From a virus (taxonomy: Duplodnaviria > Caudoviricetes), in the IMG/VR virus record IMGVR_UViG_3300023179_000065, positions 1-64,000 of that record: a stretch of 64,000 bases of DNA. One strand, given 5' to 3'. This document shows positions 18,203 to 27,524 of this stretch, piece after piece; within the stretch, counting starts at the first letter, position 1; each line of letters starts with the position of its first letter. The position numbers and the translations under genes were made by a program. The notes under the pieces are model-generated. The model had not been told where the DNA came from. It worked only from the letters and a program-made list of their open reading frames with translations, and made no database searches.

Positions 18203-18767
18203 GGCTTATAAGGTATACATTGCTTTAAAGAGCCATTTCACTACCAAATATTATGACTATTTCAAATATAATGGAAGAACAAGAGCATCAAGATCAACGT
18301 TTGAAAAACGAGCCGACAAGTACTATTTCCACAAGCTATCTAAGCGCAAGGATATTGTTGACTTCCTCGTATCCAACTTTGTATACAACGGAGACGACTG
18401 GGTCGGAAACCTCGTACAAAACAACGAATCTGAAAAATGCTACAGAACACTTTTACGAACCAGAGAATCACTATCCTATATTTTCAGCGAAGATCTTGAC
18501 AAGCTAAAAGAAGATTTTGATAGTAATTTTACAGTAGAAGATGGGCAGCATCCTTACTTACTTAAGCTATATTTACGTAAGGATATCTGTATTGAGACTT
18601 TAATTATTCTCGACGATCTAGTAGGTTGCTTTAAGAAGTGGAATAAGAAGATTGACGAGAATGTATTATGGCCTCAGCTGTACTTAAAGTGCCGCAAATA
18701 TAAGCAGTTCTTTGAGTATGATAGAAGTAAACTAAAACAAGTAGTACTTAATAAATTTTCAAACTAA
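18189..18767 (+). CDS. gp59: Helicase loader
   Basis: MDAFEAYKVYIALKSHF, YDYFKYNG, GQHP, ICIETLIIL. Confidence 0.9.
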   Translation: MDAFEAYKVYIALKSHFTTKYYDYFKYNGRTRASRSTFEKRADKYYFHKLSKRKDIVDFLVSNFVYNGDDWVGNLVQNNESEKCYRTLLRTRESLSYIFSEDLDKLKEDFDSNFTVEDGQHPYLLKLYLRKDICIETLIILDDLVGCFKKWNKKIDENVLWPQLYLKCRKYKQFFEYDRSKLKQVVLNKFSN

Positions 18768-18798
18768 TACATCGCGATACATCGCTTAGGAGAAATAC

Positions 18799-19704
18799 AT
18801 GACAGTAGATTTTAGTCAACTCAAGAAGTCCCGTCAGAATCAATTTGATAAGCTTACCAGTGAGCTAAACAAGCTCAGTGAAACTCAGCAAGGTGGTCGC
18901 TCTGACGATGACCGGTTCTGGAAGCCAGAGGTTGACAAGGCCGGTAACGGGTATGCAGTTATTCGCTTCTTGCCTGCACCAGTAAATGAAGACGTACCGT
19001 TTGTACGCATTTGGGATCATGGATTCCAAGGCCCTGGCGGCTGGTATATTGAGAAGTCGCTTACTACTCTAGGTAAGCCAGATCCTGTCTCCGAATATAA
19101 TACACAACTATGGAATTCTGGAGTAGAAGCTAATAAGGATCTAGTACGCAAGCAAAAACGTCGCCTTAGCTTTATCTCGAACATCTACGTTGTTAAGGAT
19201 CCTTCTCATCCTGAAAACGAAGGCAAGGTCTTCCTTTACAAGTATGGTAAGAAGATTTTCGATAAGCTTAACGAAGCCATGAATCCTCAGTTTGAAGATG
19301 AAAAGCCTATCAACCCGTTTGATCTATGGGAAGGCGCTAATTTCAAGCTTAAGATTCGTGATGTAGAAGGCTATCGCAATTATGATAAGTCAGAGTTTGA
19401 GTCAGCTAATCCACTTCTTGGTGATGACGCAGCGCTTGAGCGTGTCTGGAAGCAAGAGCATTCGTTGAACGCCTTCCTTGAAGCTTCTAACTTTAAGTCG
19501 TATGATGAACTTAAGGCTAAGCTTAACAAGGTGCTAGGTCTTGATGGTTCGGCTGCTAGTCGAGCCACTGCAGAGACTGCTTCTGCACCGTGGGATAATG
19601 TTGAAACTGTTCAAGCACCTGCTATTAAGAGCAAGGCTGAACCTGTGCTAGAAGATGATGACGATAGCATGGATTTCTTCAAGCGTCTAGCAGAAGAGGA
19701 CTAA
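18799..19704 (+). CDS. gp32: Single-stranded DNA-binding protein
   Basis: DDRFWKP, GNGYAVIRFLP, YGKKIFDK, NPFDLWEGANFKLKIR, acidic tail. Confidence 0.97.
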   Translation: MTVDFSQLKKSRQNQFDKLTSELNKLSETQQGGRSDDDRFWKPEVDKAGNGYAVIRFLPAPVNEDVPFVRIWDHGFQGPGGWYIEKSLTTLGKPDPVSEYNTQLWNSGVEANKDLVRKQKRRLSFISNIYVVKDPSHPENEGKVFLYKYGKKIFDKLNEAMNPQFEDEKPINPFDLWEGANFKLKIRDVEGYRNYDKSEFESANPLLGDDAALERVWKQEHSLNAFLEASNFKSYDELKAKLNKVLGLDGSAASRATAETASAPWDNVETVQAPAIKSKAEPVLEDDDDSMDFFKRLAEED

Positions 19705-21665
19705 TAGTAAGATGCGTGACGCGTACCGTACCCTAGAGAGCCCCTGTTTGCTATGGGCGAAGGTATAACGTCAGCATCTTTTGCACCACTCTTGCCGATT
19801 TTTTGAGTTGTATCTTTAGTATTGTTGTTAATGATTGGGGCCGCTGCTTTTGTACTAGCAGCGGCTTCATTCTGTTCAGACATAGAGGCAACATCTTCAC
19901 CTCTGCCTCTGCTCTTTTCTAGAGCTGCTTTTTCTTTAGGAGTTTTAAATTTAGCCCAGTCAAAGCCACCAGACTCTGTGACGTCACTAACAGTGACCTG
20001 GTTGCTAGTAACCATAGCTCTCTGCTCCTGCTTACCAGAAGCAGTCATTTCATTTTTACCAGGAATCATAGCTACTTGTTCCTGCTCAGCGGAGTTAGCC
20101 GCCTCTTCTTCACCGGGAATCATAGCGATCGGTTCATTAAGTGGTGTAGATAGAATACTACCTTTTTTCTCTTGCTGCGGACCTGCACCCTGTCTTATCA
20201 TAGAAACAATTTCGGGGCCTCGTCGACCTACTTGACCATACCATTTACTACTCTCTAAACTACTTGCAGCACCTTCTACGTTACCTGCTTCTAATTGTTT
20301 AGTAAAGTTAGGCCACTTTTTATACCAGGCAGGGCCCATATTAAACGTAAGGTCAATAAGCGCGCCTTTACCTGTTTCATTAAGCTTATCATATCCGGGT
20401 ATCTTTTCTGCAGCTTTTTGATGGTGCTCGAAGTCTTTATCAAAAATATTATTGACTTCATCGATACTAAATTCTCTATTATATTCTGGCGGTAGAGTCT
20501 TACCATCACCTATTAAATGTCCAACACCTACTGTCCATAGGCCTAGAGAGTCTTTGTAAGGTCTAGTTCTAACCCCTTCATGCTTCTTAATCATATCTTT
20601 GACGGCTTTAAAGCCGCCACCGGTAGAGGATTTAAAGCCTATAGACGCACCAGGTGTTATGCCAGTGCCACTTCCTGCTACACTTTCTAAAGATGAACTA
20701 GTAGAAGGTCTTCCAGTTTGCATTGATGGCTGTGTACCACCCATACCAGACTCTTTAGACGACACAGGGGAAGCCTTCTCTACCGGAGTAGCCCCTGGTG
20801 CCTGTGTAGTAGCCCCTTCCATGGAACTAGAAGAAGAAGTGCTAGTTGAAGTCTCTTGCGACGGTTTAACTTCCTGTGTCTTTTCTCCTCCAGTAACTTC
20901 TTTTTCTACTCCTTTTTCATCTACTTCTTTTTCTTCAGTAACCTTCTCATCTTCTTCCTTTTCTTCCTTTTCTTCTTTATCAGATTCATCTTTTACTAGA
21001 GCTTGACCTAGCTTAACAGCACCGTAACCTACAGCGGCAGCCACTGCAAGCTTACCGCCTTTGCCCATTCTACCTACACTCTTTATAAGCTTAACGGTAG
21101 TAGTAACGGCATCTAAAACACTCTTAAGTAGTTTTGCTCCAAAAAAGGTAGCTAATCCTACACCAACTACTTTTAGAGCAGTAGATAATCCGCTAAAGCC
21201 ATTATCCTTATCGCCCGTTACCTCTGTGATACCCTCAGTAAAACCTTTAAGAATAGCTTTAATTCTTTTCTTAGTATCTTCTGGTAGTAATGTATATAAA
21301 GCACCTGCTAATGCAGCAGCAACTACTGGATTAGTAAATAGCGACTTAAGTATACCAAAGAAGCCAGGGCCTTCTTCTTTTACTGCAACCTTCTCTTTTT
21401 TATCTACTGTAGCCGGCTTAGCTTCCATAGCAGCCTCTTCCTTATCATATGCACTTTTTGACTCATACGATAAAAGATTAAGGAGTGATGTATGCATGTC
21501 TTTTACAACATTGTTTAATACGGATAATGACGAATTAACTTCACTCAGGTTGTCATTTATTTTTTCAACGTCTAGCGCAGCTAGCTTGTTATCTTCGGGC
21601 TGAGTAGTACCTAAGGTACTTTTCTGAACAATTGATTTCTTTAAAAGAGCTGGAATTTCTTTCAT
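19701..21665 (-). CDS. Baseplate hub / tape-measure-like protein with GH24 lysozyme domain
   Basis: IKKHEGVRTRPYKDSLGLWTVGVGHLI...SKWYGQVGRR lysozyme; position downstream of gp26/gp51. Confidence 0.75.
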   Translation of the reverse strand: MKEIPALLKKSIVQKSTLGTTQPEDNKLAALDVEKINDNLSEVNSSLSVLNNVVKDMHTSLLNLLSYESKSAYDKEEAAMEAKPATVDKKEKVAVKEEGPGFFGILKSLFTNPVVAAALAGALYTLLPEDTKKRIKAILKGFTEGITEVTGDKDNGFSGLSTALKVVGVGLATFFGAKLLKSVLDAVTTTVKLIKSVGRMGKGGKLAVAAAVGYGAVKLGQALVKDESDKEEKEEKEEDEKVTEEKEVDEKGVEKEVTGGEKTQEVKPSQETSTSTSSSSSMEGATTQAPGATPVEKASPVSSKESGMGGTQPSMQTGRPSTSSSLESVAGSGTGITPGASIGFKSSTGGGFKAVKDMIKKHEGVRTRPYKDSLGLWTVGVGHLIGDGKTLPPEYNREFSIDEVNNIFDKDFEHHQKAAEKIPGYDKLNETGKGALIDLTFNMGPAWYKKWPNFTKQLEAGNVEGAASSLESSKWYGQVGRRGPEIVSMIRQGAGPQQEKKGSILSTPLNEPIAMIPGEEEAANSAEQEQVAMIPGKNEMTASGKQEQRAMVTSNQVTVSDVTESGGFDWAKFKTPKEKAALEKSRGRGEDVASMSEQNEAAASTKAAAPIINNNTKDTTQKIGKSGAKDADVIPSPIANRGSLGYGTRHASYY

Positions 21666-23492
21666 TTAAAATCCTACGCTATCTGAAAAAACAGAAGGTG
21701 TTGAAAAGTTTTTAGGAGTTTCAGCAGGCATCATAGTTTTGTTAGTAGTATTATTCACAATAATAGGCGGTGACTGTCTATTATTTTGTTTTTTAGCAAT
21801 AACGACCTGCTCTGAATTAATTTGAGTTTGCTGACCGGTGCGCGCCACTGGCTCCATTACAGCTGGAGCAGTACTAGAAGGCTCTGCTGTTTGTTCTGAA
21901 GTCTTGTTAGTAGCGCTTGTAGTAGGTGCAGAGGCTTGAGTACCGGCAGTAGCGGTTTGCTGCGAAGTACTAGCTTCAGGTTGCTCTGATACTGCTTTTT
22001 TACTAGCAGGAGGTTGAGAAGCAGATACTGGTGGTTTGCTTACCTCTTCTGTAGTAGAAGTTTGCTGCGAAGTACTAGCTTTTAGTTGTTCTGATGTATT
22101 TTTAATTGAGTTTATAGAGGGCGCAGAAGCTTGAGTGCTAGCAGCAGAAGTTTGTTGTTGTGTGTTTGTTTCAGGTTGCTCTGATACTGCTTTTTTACTA
22201 GCAGAAGGTTGAGAAGCAGATACTGGTGGTTTGCTTACCCCTTCTGCAGCATTGTCTTCCTTTTCTTCTTTAGGCTTACCTATAATGTCTTTTGCTTTAT
22301 TAGCTAGCCAAGATGATATAATTTTCTTTTCTAAAAGAAAATCAATACCTTTAATAAGAACTCTTTTTACAGTGTTAAGATCGAAGAACCCTAATGTAAC
22401 AGACTTAATAAAATTATCTGCAAAGAGCTTTCCTACTCTTTCTACACCACTCTCACCTTTCTCAGGATCTGTAGTAAAGTAGTCGACTAAAGTATTGATG
22501 CCAGCATCTACTGCCGCACCTAAAAGATAACCTATACCGGTAACTGCGAGGCCAGTCTTAATTGCTCTTACTACTTTAAGTACACTCTTAAGACCACCAA
22601 ACACCATCTGCTTAAACTTCATAGCTAGTGTCTTAAAATTAGTAAGCTCTTTAACCTTATTAAAAGTTTTAGTACTGTATTCTTTTAATAAATTAACTTT
22701 ATTTTTAATTACATTAATATTCTTTTTTAAGACTCTGGTAAGCTCTATCTTTTTGTTATACTTTATATTCTTCTTTTCTAATCTTCTCTTAAGCTTATCA
22801 TTTCTATTTTTTAATTTTTCTTTTTGCTTCTTTAAGTTTTCTTTCTCACCATCTATTTCTGGAACAGCAGATTTTTTAAGATCTGTTTCTGGAGTAACTG
22901 GTTTATTTTGATTGGCTTGAGATAGAATGCCAGTTACCTCAGCCAATCTCTTTATACTCATAAAAGCATCATAAACACCCTTAAGTATCTTAAATCCAAA
23001 ATATACTTTTAAGATATCAAATAAGTGTTTAGTAATAAACTTAAGAGTCTTTAATACAGGCTCAGGCAATCCTAAATTTTCTATAATACCATCAAAAAAC
23101 CCAGTTACTATTGCTCTAATTTTATCATTAAAAAGCAGTGCAAATAGGGCTGTAAATTTAAGTATATCAAATCCTGCTTTCTTTAACTCAGGTTTAGAGA
23201 GGTTAGAAGCTTGAGGACCATTTACTTTTACAGCTGTTGCTTTTGTTGCCTGCTCACTCTTTTTAGAAAGCAAAAACTTATCTAAATCAGCTACTACTAA
23301 CTGAGAACTGTCAACTAGCTCAGAGCTAACTGTCTTAGTCTTTTCAGAGGTATCAGTTAGTTTAGTAAGAGACGCTATAAATTTCTCTAAAGGAAATTTT
23401 CTAGTAAATCGACCAGTCTTAGTGCTTCTGAACGATGCAGAATTAAGATCTAGCTTCTCGTCTAGATTTGGCTTAAACGGTAAAGATGACAT
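21666..23492 (-). CDS. Tape-measure/hub-like protein (gp29-like position)
   Basis: Helical/amphipathic, low-complexity S/T/Q tail; directly after gp51. Confidence 0.6.
   Translation of the reverse strand: MSSLPFKPNLDEKLDLNSASFRSTKTGRFTRKFPLEKFIASLTKLTDTSEKTKTVSSELVDSSQLVVADLDKFLLSKKSEQATKATAVKVNGPQASNLSKPELKKAGFDILKFTALFALLFNDKIRAIVTGFFDGIIENLGLPEPVLKTLKFITKHLFDILKVYFGFKILKGVYDAFMSIKRLAEVTGILSQANQNKPVTPETDLKKSAVPEIDGEKENLKKQKEKLKNRNDKLKRRLEKKNIKYNKKIELTRVLKKNINVIKNKVNLLKEYSTKTFNKVKELTNFKTLAMKFKQMVFGGLKSVLKVVRAIKTGLAVTGIGYLLGAAVDAGINTLVDYFTTDPEKGESGVERVGKLFADNFIKSVTLGFFDLNTVKRVLIKGIDFLLEKKIISSWLANKAKDIIGKPKEEKEDNAAEGVSKPPVSASQPSASKKAVSEQPETNTQQQTSAASTQASAPSINSIKNTSEQLKASTSQQTSTTEEVSKPPVSASQPPASKKAVSEQPEASTSQQTATAGTQASAPTTSATNKTSEQTAEPSSTAPAVMEPVARTGQQTQINSEQVVIAKKQNNRQSPPIIVNNTTNKTMMPAETPKNFSTPSVFSDSVGF
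21975..22239. repeat. Two 70-bp direct repeats (21975-22044 and 22170-22239, one mismatch)
   Basis: Both encode VSKPPVSASQP(S/P)ASKKAVSEQPE on the minus strand. Confidence 0.85.
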
Positions 23493-23675
23493 TTAAGTGT
23501 TTAATCTTTTCTTTTCTTTTTCTAAGTAATCTAATAACATATCTACATAAAGATCTCTCTCAAATGGTATCATTTCTTCTATTTCTGCTATCGACCATTT
23601 ATGGTGCTGAGTCAAACTAAAATTAAGTACGTAATAATTAGTGATGCTACTATGACTCAGCCCAACGTAAAAAAA
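23493..23675 (-). CDS. gp51: gp51-like baseplate hub assembly ORF with no upstream start codon (probable -1 frameshift extension of gp26)
   Basis: FFYVGLSHSSITNYYVLNFSLTQHHKWSIAEIEEMIPFERDLYVDMLL...; in-frame TGA immediately before T7 run. Confidence 0.8.
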   Translation of the reverse strand, partial: FFYVGLSHSSITNYYVLNFSLTQHHKWSIAEIEEMIPFERDLYVDMLLDYLEKEKKRLNT

Positions 23676-24367
23676 TCATTTAATGAAGTAAGAGGTATTA
23701 CCTTTTCCTTGCCTAAGCTATTCGTATATTTCACCTCATAGTAAAGCTTCGGCATAGTAGTAAGGAACTCTTGAATCTTCTCAAATGTCTTTAGATCTAG
23801 ATCAGATACAAACTCTAATACTTCATCGAAGCTATAATCAGAGGTTTTATAGACACCGTTTTCGTCGTAGATGCTTTCTACACAGTTTGCTATTACATTA
23901 AATACAGCTTCTGATTGTTCAGCATCGTCCATAGACAAAAGGGAAGTATCGACTGTAGGATATCTTAATATCATACCAGTGGTGCTATTAATTTCTACTT
24001 TGTTAGTATGGCCTTCGGTAGTCTTAATTTCTACTTCATCAAGATCTACTTGCACCTTGTACTTCTTATTGTCTTCTAAATCGCGATATGTTAATTCAAT
24101 AACAGTACCTATTGACTTGCCTCTCAACTTTAAAAAGAAATATTCTAAATCAAAAGAGGCAAAATTATCAATATCCACATTTTCTGTGACAATACAGTTA
24201 TTAATAACTTGCTTAATAGAATTAACAATTTCAGCTGTATCTTTACCAGACTGAGCCATAAGAAGAAGCTTTTCTTCTTTTACTAAGAAAGGGCGGTATT
24301 TAATTACTTTGCTATTTGATGGTAAAGTCAATTCATAAATTGGTACTGATAACTTAGGTAAAGCCAT
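23657..24367 (-). CDS. gp26: Baseplate hub assembly protein
   Basis: MALPKL, YRPFLVKEEKLLLMA, FDLEYFFLKLRGKSIG, ends LNDFF. Confidence 0.9.
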   Translation of the reverse strand: MALPKLSVPIYELTLPSNSKVIKYRPFLVKEEKLLLMAQSGKDTAEIVNSIKQVINNCIVTENVDIDNFASFDLEYFFLKLRGKSIGTVIELTYRDLEDNKKYKVQVDLDEVEIKTTEGHTNKVEINSTTGMILRYPTVDTSLLSMDDAEQSEAVFNVIANCVESIYDENGVYKTSDYSFDEVLEFVSDLDLKTFEKIQEFLTTMPKLYYEVKYTNSLGKEKVIPLTSLNDFFTLG

Positions 24368-24376
24368 AATAATCTC

Positions 24377-25300
24377 CTAGAATAAACCTCTAAGACCGCC
24401 TGTAGCTATCTTAGCATTGTTCACAACGTTAATAATATCTGCAACCCCGGTAGGCTTTCTTAATGAAGCAAGCGTCTGAACCGCGGTGCCAACCTGTATA
24501 AGTTTTTGTAAATTGGAAATACTTGCACCTTGATTTTGCAAAGCTGAATTAATATTAATTCTATCTAGAGTCCAGTTAAAGAAGGTAAATGTAACTGGTA
24601 TTCTCATAAAGCTATCATTTTCAGCCCAGCTAAGTTGGATATCCCCTAAAAAGATAGGATATGCATCATGTAATCTACAAATGATAATTTCTTGGTCTAC
24701 ATCATTAATACAAGTTATAAAGACATCTACTGCATAGTCTTCCTTGTATTCTACTTCATATGCACCTAAACCATTATATCCGGACACTGTAGTATTGTTA
24801 GGTAAGGTATCATACTTTATAATACCGTTTAACCAGGTATAAAAATGGTTATATACTTTGCCAGTATTATCTCCTATAAAGGAAAACGACTGGTCAGTAA
24901 ATATAGGAGCATATGGCTTCTTTTCTGTAGGCCCTACTCCATATCTTCTTATTTCAGATGTAGCAAGAGACACTCCAGGAAGTGAAGTTGACTCGCACAA
25001 CAAAGCTACAGTAGAATCAGTAATGATAGGAGAGTTGCCTGATGACGCACCTCTCATCATCTTAGGTACAGGTATACTAACATAGAATAGATTAGTTCTT
25101 GCTACTCCACCTAATCTATTAATAAGTGACCTAAAAGTTTCTACATTTCTAAGACTGTTATTATTTTGTGGTCTTCCATTTACAAAAGTATTTAAAGACT
25201 GTCTTAGAGATGGAGGTAGAAAATCTTGCAAAGCATTAGCTGTGCCTATTACATCTCTACCTTTTGAAATAGATTTACCGATTAAATCTGAAATAGCCAT
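24377..25300 (-). CDS. gp54: Tail tube initiator (gp19-like fold)
   Basis: GVARTNLFYV, LCESTSLPG, AYPIFLGDIQLSW, IPVTFTF. Confidence 0.75.
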   Translation of the reverse strand: MAISDLIGKSISKGRDVIGTANALQDFLPPSLRQSLNTFVNGRPQNNNSLRNVETFRSLINRLGGVARTNLFYVSIPVPKMMRGASSGNSPIITDSTVALLCESTSLPGVSLATSEIRRYGVGPTEKKPYAPIFTDQSFSFIGDNTGKVYNHFYTWLNGIIKYDTLPNNTTVSGYNGLGAYEVEYKEDYAVDVFITCINDVDQEIIICRLHDAYPIFLGDIQLSWAENDSFMRIPVTFTFFNWTLDRININSALQNQGASISNLQKLIQVGTAVQTLASLRKPTGVADIINVVNNAKIATGGLRGLF

Positions 25301-25899
25301 TACCTGTTTTCTCTTATTGTTTGTTTGCTATCTTTGTATACTGTGTTTACCGATGCACCAACAAACTTCTGTAAAGGTAAGAAAACTGCAATATCCCACT
25401 CGGCTGGTTCAATATATACAAATCTGGTCTTAACTTGTTTATTTAGATAGTGCTTTATACAAGGTTTGAAGTATCTAAACTTTGAAGCACTAGATAGAAT
25501 TTTGTAAGACATTCTGATTCTAGTGCTTTCATCCATTTTATCATTATTAACTAGTGGATACAAGTTATCTAATAGAACAGCTCTATATTGCAGAGGGAGA
25601 TAATGGAAGTTAAGACCCAGAAAACCATCCGGGGTCTTTTCAAAAGGAAAGACTAGAGGATATATGTCATAGTATGGTAATGTATCTTTAGTTTTAGGAT
25701 CATAGCCAAAAAGATAACATCTACCTGGTAAAACTTTAGTTCGATATCGATCTCTAGAGGAATTAATTACTCTTTGAGTATTTTGACTTCTTGTTCTAGA
25801 CGCTGCATCTCTTAGCCAATTTCTAGCTGTTTCAGCCTTTTCGTCTAATTTGCCTCTAGTAGCAGCATCTTGCAGTATTTTATTAAAAACGCTTGTCAT
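25300..25899 (-). CDS. gp2: DNA end protector
   Basis: YDPKTKDTLPYYDIYPLV, GLNFHYLP, PCIKHYL, EWDIAVFLP. Confidence 0.92.
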   Translation of the reverse strand: MTSVFNKILQDAATRGKLDEKAETARNWLRDAASRTRSQNTQRVINSSRDRYRTKVLPGRCYLFGYDPKTKDTLPYYDIYPLVFPFEKTPDGFLGLNFHYLPLQYRAVLLDNLYPLVNNDKMDESTRIRMSYKILSSASKFRYFKPCIKHYLNKQVKTRFVYIEPAEWDIAVFLPLQKFVGASVNTVYKDSKQTIRENR

Positions 25900-26333
25900 T
25901 TTATTCCTAGTTCGTCCTCTGTAAGAACTTTAAACTGCCATTTTCTATCTTCACAGTATTCCATTGCTGCTTTCCATTTTGCACTATTAATGCCGTATGT
26001 AACTACTTCTCTTACATACCTTCTGGTAGGCTTTGCTTGTACTTTGGGCTCTATAGATTGCTTTTTAGGTTTTATTTCTACTACCACTGTTTCCGTAACG
26101 CCTTGCTTATTCAATTGCTTTACTAAAAAATCAGGATAGTATTTGTGAATTTTACCATCAATAGGGGAACGATAGGGGATACTAAACTCTTCACTTGCCC
26201 ACTGAAGCACGTTCTTGTGCTCATCTAAATATCTCATAAACTTAAGCTCCCATAGGCTTCTATAAATAATATTAGAAGGGTCGCCTAAGTACTTATTAGG
26301 ATTCTTTGGTTTAAAATAACCTTTATAGCTCAT
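25896..26333 (-). CDS. gp4: Head completion nuclease
   Basis: YKGYFKPKNPNKY, YRSLWE, YYPDF, EIKP, AKWKAA. Confidence 0.95.
   Translation of the reverse strand: MSYKGYFKPKNPNKYLGDPSNIIYRSLWELKFMRYLDEHKNVLQWASEEFSIPYRSPIDGKIHKYYPDFLVKQLNKQGVTETVVVEIKPKKQSIEPKVQAKPTRRYVREVVTYGINSAKWKAAMEYCEDRKWQFKVLTEDELGIK
26261..26268 (+). promoter_or_regulatory. T4-type late promoter inside gp4 (antisense), pointing at gp48
   Basis: Exact TATAAATA about 70 nt before the gp48 ATG; the intergenic gap is only 6 bp. Confidence 0.65.
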
Positions 26334-26339
26334 CTATTT

Positions 26340-27524
26340 ATGGCCTTCGACTACAATAATTTTTCTAATAAAACATCCATTGCCAGTCAATCTTCCGTTT
26401 CTTATAACGGAGATGGCGGCAAGACGACATACTTTGGCCCTTCTAGTACCGGAGCTTCAACCGGGCTTTCTAATGTATTTAATAATTTAGCTTCAAAGTT
26501 AGGGCTGTCTGGATTCTCCTCTTCAGGGTCTGTAAGTGGTGCTTTTAGTAGCTACGGCTCTGGTATAGTACCTCAACTTAAAGATAATCTAGGTGTGGCT
26601 TCTCCTATTAATTCCGACACACCAGAAAATTCTCCTAGCAAAACTAAATCGCCAGGAAGTCTACAATATCCTAAAGATGTAGGTAAATACTTTATTACCT
26701 TTACCTTTAAAGATCGCTTCCAATCATCACCTATTGCACCTAGAAGATTAGTGCCTAGTGTAACTATAACATTACCTATACCTGCTAATCTTCAAGAATC
26801 ATTTAACATGTCGTACTCAGACAAGCAGCTAGGCATGCTAGGGGTACTAGAAGAAGCCGGTTTAATGAATCAAGAGACTCTTAATAAGCTGTTTAACGGT
26901 TCAGCAGATCAAGCAGGCGCGGCAGCAAAGGATATTGGTAAAAAAGTGGCCGGTATAGCTACTGCAAGTGGTGGTGCAACTGCAGGATTATATGCAGTAA
27001 GACAAGCTGCTAGTACCCTAGGTTTAGAATCTGCAGGTGCTGCAATAGATAGAGTTACAGGAACGGTATTAAACCCATATCAAGAATTGCAGTTCGAAGG
27101 TGTATCTTTAAGAGAACATTCGTTTAGTTATACTTTCTCTCCTAATTCAAGAGCAGAAGCTGATTCACTTAAGAAAATTATTCGTACATTTAAAGAGAGA
27201 ATGCATCCAGAATTGAACGGTCTTCTTTTACAATTTCCAGACCAATGCAGTATAAAGCTATCATCTCCCTTTATCGATGAAGACTATTATTTTGTGCAGG
27301 ACTGCTATTTAAAAGGCATGACAGTAAATTATGCGCCATCTGGTACTCCAGCATTTACTAAAAACGGTGAGCATCCAGCAGAAATATCAATTTCATTACA
27401 GTTTGGCGAAATCAAGCCATTGTCAAGAAATACCTTTACGAAACTAGGTAATAGAGGCGCACAAGGTATTATTAAAGCAGGTAATGATTTTATTAACAAT
27501 GTCAATAAGCCGTCTAATAACTAA
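26340..27524 (+). CDS. gp48: Baseplate tail tube cap
   Basis: LQYP, ITLPIP, NPYQELQFEGVSLREHSFSYTFSP, ISLQFGE. Confidence 0.85.
   Translation: MAFDYNNFSNKTSIASQSSVSYNGDGGKTTYFGPSSTGASTGLSNVFNNLASKLGLSGFSSSGSVSGAFSSYGSGIVPQLKDNLGVASPINSDTPENSPSKTKSPGSLQYPKDVGKYFITFTFKDRFQSSPIAPRRLVPSVTITLPIPANLQESFNMSYSDKQLGMLGVLEEAGLMNQETLNKLFNGSADQAGAAAKDIGKKVAGIATASGGATAGLYAVRQAASTLGLESAGAAIDRVTGTVLNPYQELQFEGVSLREHSFSYTFSPNSRAEADSLKKIIRTFKERMHPELNGLLLQFPDQCSIKLSSPFIDEDYYFVQDCYLKGMTVNYAPSGTPAFTKNGEHPAEISISLQFGEIKPLSRNTFTKLGNRGAQGIIKAGNDFINNVNKPSNN

Noticed and set aside
19822-21603. Plus-strand ORFs of 135-180 aa
   Set aside because: Antisense to the lysozyme-bearing gene; low-complexity mirror translations.
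26335-26342. Minus-strand CATAAATA as the gp4 late promoter
   Set aside because: Only 1 nt from the gp4 ATG, so transcription would start inside the gene.
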